Shown piece by piece: positions 61,601-64,000 of a stretch of 64,000 nt of DNA (within the stretch, counting starts at the first letter, position 1; every line of letters begins with the position of its first letter). The translations under genes and the position numbers were made by a program. Origin of the DNA: an uncultured Eubacteriales bacterium (GTDB lineage: Bacteria > Bacillota > Clostridia > Christensenellales > Aristaeellaceae); NCBI GenBank assembly GCA_902790175.1, contig CADAQZ010000021.1, forward strand, positions 10,145 through 74,144, written 5' to 3'. The notes beneath the pieces were generated by a model. That model worked only from the letters and a program-made list of their open reading frames with translations. It was not told where the DNA came from and searched no databases.

Positions 61601-64000
61601 CGGTGGAATGATCCATCGTCAACGTATACTTGCCATCCTCCATGCTGCCGGAGGTAACCCTCTTATCAACGCCAACAGTGGCAGCGTTGCCTATATAGTT
61701 ACTGGTATCCGCTTTTTTGACGAGGTATACATCGACGGGAGAGCCATCATACTCTACTCCATTCCAGCCTTTGCCCGGTTCGCCAACTCCTACAAAGAAA
61801 GTATCGATAGAATACGTCGTGGAAGGAACGTAATCGTCAATATAATACTTGTTTCCGTTGATTTGGGTCGCAGCAACCAGATAATAGTCGCCGGCATCCG
61901 AAATCTCAGGCGTCGCTTCGGAGCCTTCGATCTGAGACTTGATGGTATAGGTCTGCGCGTCCGTCACCGTGATGACATACTTCTCCTGCCCCACGGTCAG
62001 CGTCAACTCGAAGGTGTCGGCGAAGGGGATCTCGCTCTTCAGGGCCCACTCGCCGCCCTCGGTCTTAATCAGGGCCAGCTTGAGGTCCTTGTCGGTTTCG
62101 TCGCCGACGACCAGCTTCAGCTCGGGGTCCGCGCTCAGCTCGCCCTCGATGCCCAGGTCGGCCATGATCTGCGCGATGGTATACTCGCCCTCGCCGCTGT
62201 AGCTGATGGTCTTCTCTTCGATGGTGAAGTCCACCGTGTAGAAGGCAAAGGCGCAGAAGCTGTTGGTCTTGAAGGTGATGTCGTCGGTGTGGCCGTCGAG
62301 ATCGACGTTGTCCACCTTGACGGTGTTGGTATCGACCACGACATCGTTGGCGGAGAAGCTCGCGTCAACGGTGGTGGTGGCTTCCTGGTTCTCCAGCACG
62401 TTGTCCTTCAGGGGCAGATGGATGATGTCGACGTCGGCGACATCCTCGGCGCTGGCGTTGGTAATCTGGTTTTTCTTGAAGGTGACCTTCACCGTCATGG
62501 TGTTTTTCGCGGGCTCGACCTCATAAGTTTCGCCGGTGGGCTCTCCGGTCTCGGAGTTGAGCACGTCCATGATGAAGGCAAAGTCGTACAACAGGGTGTT
62601 GTCGTCGGTATGCTCCTCGTCGGTGTGGTCGTTCAGGGCCTTCATATAGGCGTCATACGCGGGGCCGCTGGTGATGGGGGTGACGACCAGGTTCGCGGCG
62701 TCCGGCACGGCGTTGCCGCGGGCCAGCTTCACATGAGCCTTGATGGCGTCGTCTTCGTATTCATAATCTCTTTCGTCGTTGATGATGTTGAACGCAGCCG
62801 TCAGCCTGACGTCCTCAGTGAGCGGCTGGGACGTTTCGCCGTCGTCGGCATACCAGGCGCGATCTGCCTCGCTGTAGGCGATGCCGGCCAGATGGGCGCC
62901 GTTCATCAGGGTTTCGACATAGGTGAAAGCCTTGGGGTCCACGGCGATGGGCGCCTGCGTCAGGTCATAGGCGACCTCACGGCTAAGGACGATATCGTCG
63001 TACTCGGGCATCACCGTCAGTTCGCCCAGATCGTTGTAGTACCGGGCCTCCACGATGACGTTCACGCCGGAGTAATCCGGGCGGACGGTCAGGGGGAGTT
63101 CGGCGGTGAGCGCCAGCTCCTCGCCCTGGAAGGCGGTCACGATCGCGGTGTACGCGCCGGGCTCGCCCGCGGTCCAGTCGAACGCGCCCTCAACGGGCTC
63201 GCCCTCGGCCACGACCGCGCCGTCTACATTATATATGGCGAAAGCCACCCGCTCCGCGCCGGTGGTCGCAAAGGTGAAGTGGATGTTGTCGCCGGGGAAC
63301 AGCGCGTCGACGTTGGCGTCGGTGGCGAAGTCCGTGAGGGTCAACTCCTCGAGCGTCTCCTCCTCGGCGTTCTCCTCCTCGGCGTTCTCCTCCTCGGTGT
63401 TCTCGCCCTCGGCGTTCTCGCCCTCGGTGTTCTCACCCTCGGCGTTCTCACCCTCGGCGTTCTCGCCCTCAGACTTCTCGCCCTCGGCGTTCTCGCCCTC
63501 AGCGTTCTCACCCTCGGTGTTCTCGCCCTCAGACTTCTCGCCCTCGGCGTTCTCACCCTCGGTGTTCTCGCCCTCAGACTTTTCGCCCTCGGCGTTCTCA
63601 CCCTCGGCGTTCTCGCCCTCAGTCTTTTCGCCCTCGGCGTTCTCACCCTCGGCGTTCTCGCCCTCAGACTTCTCGCCCTCAGACTTCTCGCCCTCGGCAT
63701 TCTCGTCCTTGGCGTTATCGCCCTCGGCGTTATCGCCCTCGGACTTCTGCTCGTCGGAGGTCTCCGAGCCGGTTTCATTCCCGACTTCGGTCTCTTCTTT
63801 CTTGTCCTCACCGACTTCGGTCTGATCTGTGTCGGCCTTGTCGGTCTTCCCCTCGGCGGGCGCGTCGCCCTGCTGCTCCGGCTCCGCGGCGGGTTCCTCC
63901 GCCTTGGGATCGGCTTCCGGCGCGGGCTCCGGCTGTGCGGGGGCGTTTTCAGGCGCGACAGCGTCCCCCTGCCCTTCCTGGGCGGGAGGATCGGAGGGTT
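49560..64000 (-). CDS. N-terminal >4,800 aa of the same giant adhesin (5'-partial; the frame stays open to the window edge)
   Basis: The listed start at 63344 is an internal TTG. I translated the same frame to position 63998 with no stop (…PSDPPAQEGQGDAVAPENAPAQPEPAPEADPK…GENAEGEKSEGENAE…). Contains Ig-like units, a ~1,400-aa beta-rich region with a choice-of-anchor-A-like segment, three ~320-340-aa pilin-like modules (F-x-KK starts at 58436, 57479, 56459) plus a fourth at 49715, and many Spy0128/FctA-like (K.L.GR.L..GEF.F.L) repeats. Confidence 0.8.
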   Translation of the reverse strand, partial: PSDPPAQEGQGDAVAPENAPAQPEPAPEADPKAEEPAAEPEQQGDAPAEGKTDKADTDQTEVGEDKKEETEVGNETGSETSDEQKSEGDNAEGDNAKDENAEGEKSEGEKSEGENAEGENAEGEKTEGENAEGENAEGEKSEGENTEGENAEGEKSEGENTEGENAEGENAEGEKSEGENAEGENAEGENTEGENAEGENTEEENAEEENAEEETLEELTLTDFATDANVDALFPGDNIHFTFATTGAERVAFAIYNVDGAVVAEGEPVEGAFDWTAGEPGAYTAIVTAFQGEELALTAELPLTVRPDYSGVNVIVEARYYNDLGELTVMPEYDDIVLSREVAYDLTQAPIAVDPKAFTYVETLMNGAHLAGIAYSEADRAWYADDGETSQPLTEDVRLTAAFNIINDERDYEYEDDAIKAHVKLARGNAVPDAANLVVTPITSGPAYDAYMKALNDHTDEEHTDDNTLLYDFAFIMDVLNSETGEPTGETYEVEPAKNTMTVKVTFKKNQITNASAEDVADVDIIHLPLKDNVLENQEATTTVDASFSANDVVVDTNTVKVDNVDLDGHTDDITFKTNSFCAFAFYTVDFTIEEKTISYSGEGEYTIAQIMADLGIEGELSADPELKLVVGDETDKDLKLALIKTEGGEWALKSEIPFADTFELTLTVGQEKYVITVTDAQTYTIKSQIEGSEATPEISDAGDYYLVAATQINGNKYYIDDYVPSTTYSIDTFFVGVGEPGKGWNGVEYDGSPVDVYLVKKADTSNYIGNAATVGVDKRVTSGSMEDGKYTLTMDHSTANTTILSYKENLSHNVIINVFDYDGTTPYTSSATDYVPIATNNGNKMLRVTAKQTVDGVEKTYIALKPFSFSENSTITVPVLNFQEPGEADTAVSIPTSGIAFNSDMTVTDVRIIEADSSYTWGQITDNNQVNDSLVGFAIKGSPVDNESNTTTIKIDRSYEQAYQVRLQFDPEITEGAFEDADNVYLLVTVEHATQGADDNHSYFFKKVKVSDYEVKTNDNGKPYIDIPVPNWQDGDGHDVADKFSGNEVSVTARLIKGRDDTNANGAIAKTNCQEIAEGDILATYSVHYGMRETASDDEAHKDYTTDVIELTKNYASKDYTIGSILGGGINYGITADRLQQGGSDFQSNFAVNNYQDNTKGVNPNLSGENAGGIAIGNYVVYNDGGSDGYGLDMTTIPLDEIYTGEVDSNGQKLVRQDNKGTVEIGNTHNNENKTIVLYTDSADRQKAKRDWVHTVEMSASEVAGSIVEPIIRHMKSVSGSLMNHSANVSPTKYDDKVTIDATAYDDDVTIYVDGDALKAQYPGTQIRIRKRENQIIVFNFATAGDVTLSEYIVEVVNPTNPVYNGNSATSTANSLEEESHTNTRSDYLAQHIVWNMPNAKNVVLDTVSGTFLVGNPESRTYIDKTSAGWLISDGFVYNEGEWHNVYADLEDVDKSFINASKTVDGKPAAKGQVFEFSIARYMGNNVWSTPCKIYNDGSAISYKATAEGEGDLKLQNGLNVFSISESNKVSSTVGSYTIDNRVYYAVIDYVGVGGHVVASAPRYYKSFDWSTFDSAENKTTAFAEPVGPNESVTFTNATEKGNLSLKKQIKGNPEDAQQYATFTFEIQLNQPAPTEDEPTRTVPVSGTFDATRTDKDGVETTTTVTFSHGYARVSLYAGETIQIDGLPSGANYSIIETHVNGKNFGNEEIDHWRKNGSTGSTGTIVKDETQSAVYNNKYITEKTELIVEKQWQDADGKTAEWPEGKSVEVKLMQKVGDGDFTAVKDAENKDVKVTLDSGTQSYKFQNLPTTTEDGEDIEYKINEVTEIDGYATSYTVGEGTVTIINKKIKESTFEKKIADINDSTDTVHGPWQDSADYDIGDHVPYQLTATLANNVSSYYKYHITFEDEMENGLTFDEDSVSVKVGNKTYATNEYTLTPANDGHGFTLRIDWGKEKPEDGYTDDDKLPESLNSAKVEVLFTATLNNNAVLGNAGNINKARLKYSSNWKVEDGKVDQEKDEKTTKYDYTIAFTYKVVVNKVKLAANGTDTEALTGAEFKLEKVKTDAPTTVVNTFTATKNDEGTIFTFTGLDDGDYILTETKVPNGCKRIAPITFTVKATHTANKDDLSEVNRTTVLTGLENGDTATGAFELTADLDEGSLTGNVKNDESKPSFEKKIADINDSTDADYSDWQDSADHDIGDKVPYQLKATLPDNVSDYYKYHITFEDEMDAGLTFNTANGITSVKVDGTEVNNYVLSKAGNGFTLTLTWEGEKDESDATKYTKTIGETSLGTSLNSKVVEVLFNATLNKDANLGAQGNVNRARLEYSNNCNLDSQGHAQDTNDNDKGKTDWDYTIAFTYKVEVNKVKNDGTTALTGAEFKLEKMLADGTTEEITGADRVSVSGNVFTFKGLDDGKYILTETKVPNGYKRIDPIEFTVAAAHHDTAESDAKLNWVPENGSTASTVADVTRSGVLTGLTGTVTDGVVALPEFTADNTYATLTGNVKNTEATKPEFTKKVQDINDSTDTAYSEWQDSADHDIGDDVPYRLTAKLADNVSDYYKYHITFTDEMDEGLTFNAANGITSVKVGDTVISPKTDANPTGYMLSDTSAHGFRLTLTWEAAKDDQGKYTGTLSDDLNEAEVEVLFTATLNENANLGKTGNVNKAKLEYSNNCNLNDQGEAQDSGTENTEETEWDYTIVFTYQVVINKVDKDTKADLSGATFTLEKVTAQGASFDPAKTYTATVSSNDSYIFTFTGLDDGTYKLTETTVPKGYKGLENPIYFTVEATHTDTWDAHNTTGVIPADRNAILTALTGNETTGTLTLAPDTDLTTLSGDVINESWVGDLEISKAVTGTDDDTKGFTFEVTLTTPSGVTLDETYNAVKTSGTTETTTTVTVDASNKFTVTLRKGEKITVKGLPVGTKCSVVEQTHPDGYTNSDGTKEATISKGGLAKLAFTNAYEATGKVSFKARKVFTDGVLSEHEFQIKLTQVTDGTGETAIATFTPVTKTVTAADGVVDFTEVMSFVKNADQNDTGDYWFMLEEVLPDGVTAANPTKDGITYDTNKVIIKVTVADAKDGNLTVTKTVGSATIGENDLDATFTNQQLGGVQVTKTFTGIKKLPDNFQINVAYSPAVTGKPTVLKANNATSGSATATLSNGAYSGSLVWEIEDLPIGTKVTFTEANYENSDFEVTTKARGTTNAVSVTATAAKKGANGYTGYALGAFTNTYERKTGDLVIRKHVAVAFGDTADDVDFTFKVQLLPPEDVTFNVNVDLFAYEIYDSSDAKQSEGSITPSDLNSTGIAIKDGQYIVVKDLPTGTTYTVTEVINDPGYSLSNSNISGIIDVDVSKNTNLVTNNFSAKSTSVKFGGKKTIAGTSITDQVFVFELYDATDAQYTLANTTPRETRTAGNIAEGEAGQSFEFSAIVYEYGDYTVDSTHYYVVKEKALSPSNGWTIDPKEYHLKVEITRAGDQLKSSVTVTTVDGDTSTTGQPSAAAANSVITGLNFNNQYEAKGSLSFEVQKTIKNKTASDSLAGYSFKLTQVDVDDDGNVVPLAEGVTPKVATTTKSTDADGKATFSFSDVFVKNKDGDDTTQTFYFQLEEDRTGVDANNVKDHIKYDDSTRIIKVTLEDNGDGTLKVNKVNAADDTNINAGTADAKFINEQLGSVKVTKEFNFGTATVDIPERFKITAKYTVDEVPKTKEFTITDGMASPYTWQIDDLPVGTQVTFTETGMTVNGYSVETTVNGSAVASGSEKGTVAAAAGTTVPTAAFVNTYTRDTGSLKIKKSVTVNGAGTNTKLVDGEYEFTVAGKANTDTAGTEKTVKITIENGAVKSATVNDAAATRDGDYVVVSGLPTGDYTVTENTTALTAKGIALVGNNGLEVEVKKDGTATVPTAEFTNNKDVGELAITKTVIKANDALTPNADAEFTFKVTLVNTNGVTLNGTYPAENTGNATVTSVTVSNNMIENIKLKAGKTLTIKNLPAGTGYVVEETNLPGGFTQTVPANDGSVEGSIPTGDKDEADFTNWYAVTSTEATVKATKVFTNGNGHWPEDGFEFTLARGDNKDGVTMPTGPNDLVKSATKDAQTVTFGTITFTLPGTYKFTITETEPDGVDSTHKKNGITYDATPKTITIEVVDNGDGTLSVTNTDDQLTVTANNTYSVNGTSAKVKVTKKLTGRDWKDGDSFEFTLDAVSSNPDGASLASAKVQGSATKTSKYVEFGPILFEDDGEYKFTITETVPSDTKGINYAAVKTVTINVEDQQGQLVVTTSEDDLAVEMENTYTAAPVKEKVSVTKELTGRAWKDGDSFEFTLAAKINPDNGADLPDVKTATIGKDTTDHKATFGDITFNKAGTYVFTITETKGSLGGVSYDTTAKEITIKVDDNGTGNLVIDRTQTTDLTVEVENTYEATGTAKLSAKKKADATLGDRTFEFELYRVDNNGETLIETSAAVKQGQTANFKAIEYKLANLDDAGKTFTYKIKEKLPEGVTAANPTKDGVTYDRHEQTVTVTVTDNSDGTLDVKYDGNASFTTPEFENTYAAAGKVQLTAKKVLEGRDLKVDEFTFTLTGNGVNQTKTNDADGTVTFDAIDYTLDDVANSPLTYTISEDVPTGANKDKTLIYDTEPQTVTVTLVDNGDGTITATPVYGEKNGTFTNKVTSVKVKKVDVAGDAELAGAKIQIKDSTGAVVDEWTSDKTAHEVKGLKTGETYTLHEEVAPDGYKLTSDTTFSIKEDGTVDKGTTKTRKENGEDVLLVQDALATKPTFEKKVKDTNDTTGEISDWQDARHRRRRALQADGDAGGQRLRLCEVSHHLHR
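63355..63750 (-). repeat. coding 15-nt tandem repeat array (pentapeptide G-E-[N/K]-[A/T/S]-E) in the adhesin N-terminal region
   Basis: + strand units CTCGGCGTTCTCGCC / CTCAGACTTCTCGCC / CTCGGTGTTCTCACC repeated about 25 times. Confidence 0.85.

Noticed and set aside
63341-63811. Arg-rich 156-aa ORF and the + strand Ser/Phe-rich ORF 63106..63825.
   Set aside because: These are off-frame and antisense readings of the 15-nt coding repeat of the adhesin gene. The GE-rich frame is continuous with the adhesin.

Overview
This is a high-GC (roughly 60-65%) chromosomal segment. I infer a spore-forming Clostridia-type Firmicute from the alpha/beta SASP, BofA and the rpmB / yloU(asp23) / yloV / recG synteny. 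Gene content, left to right:
- the 3' part of a multimeric NADH-dependent [FeFe]-hydrogenase operon (2Fe-2S protein, HydB, HydA);
- a NusG paralog divergent from two tandem Wzz/PCP-like coiled-coil membrane proteins;
- an SASP gene and two paralogous secreted double lipocalin-like proteins;
- an oxidoreductase-GNAT-recG operon, then asp23-yloV;
- a disrupted rpmB;
- an RluA-type pseudouridine synthase fused to a pyrophosphatase-like domain;
- a small PD-(D/E)XK-like protein plus an SNF2 helicase;
- a c-di-GMP / two-component island (GGDEF, XRE-REC regulator, LytS-type kinase, GGDEF);
- rpoC and rpoB, each interrupted by a short out-of-frame deletion inside a universally conserved motif;
- the cbiMQO ECF transporter, CCA-adding enzyme, a CNNM/CorC transporter and xpt;
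- membrane and cell-wall proteins (an HCCC-motif membrane protein, BofA, an L,D-transpeptidase);
- one giant modular, sortase-substrate-like adhesin gene over the last ~17.6 kb. It runs off the right edge and is itself frameshifted.

I recognised no rRNA, tRNA, CRISPR array, transposase or integrase. Intergenic space holds at least four families of structured repeats, including composite elements that end in CU-rich heptamer arrays.

The candidates most worth a second look are:
- the NusG-paralog/PCP pair;
- a terminator-containing ~215-nt leader in front of a diguanylate cyclase;
- the nuclease/SNF2 pair;
- the repeat families;
- the mega-adhesin;
- the cluster of short deletions in essential genes (assembly artefact versus decaying copies).

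All functional calls come from motif recognition by eye. No database search was run.
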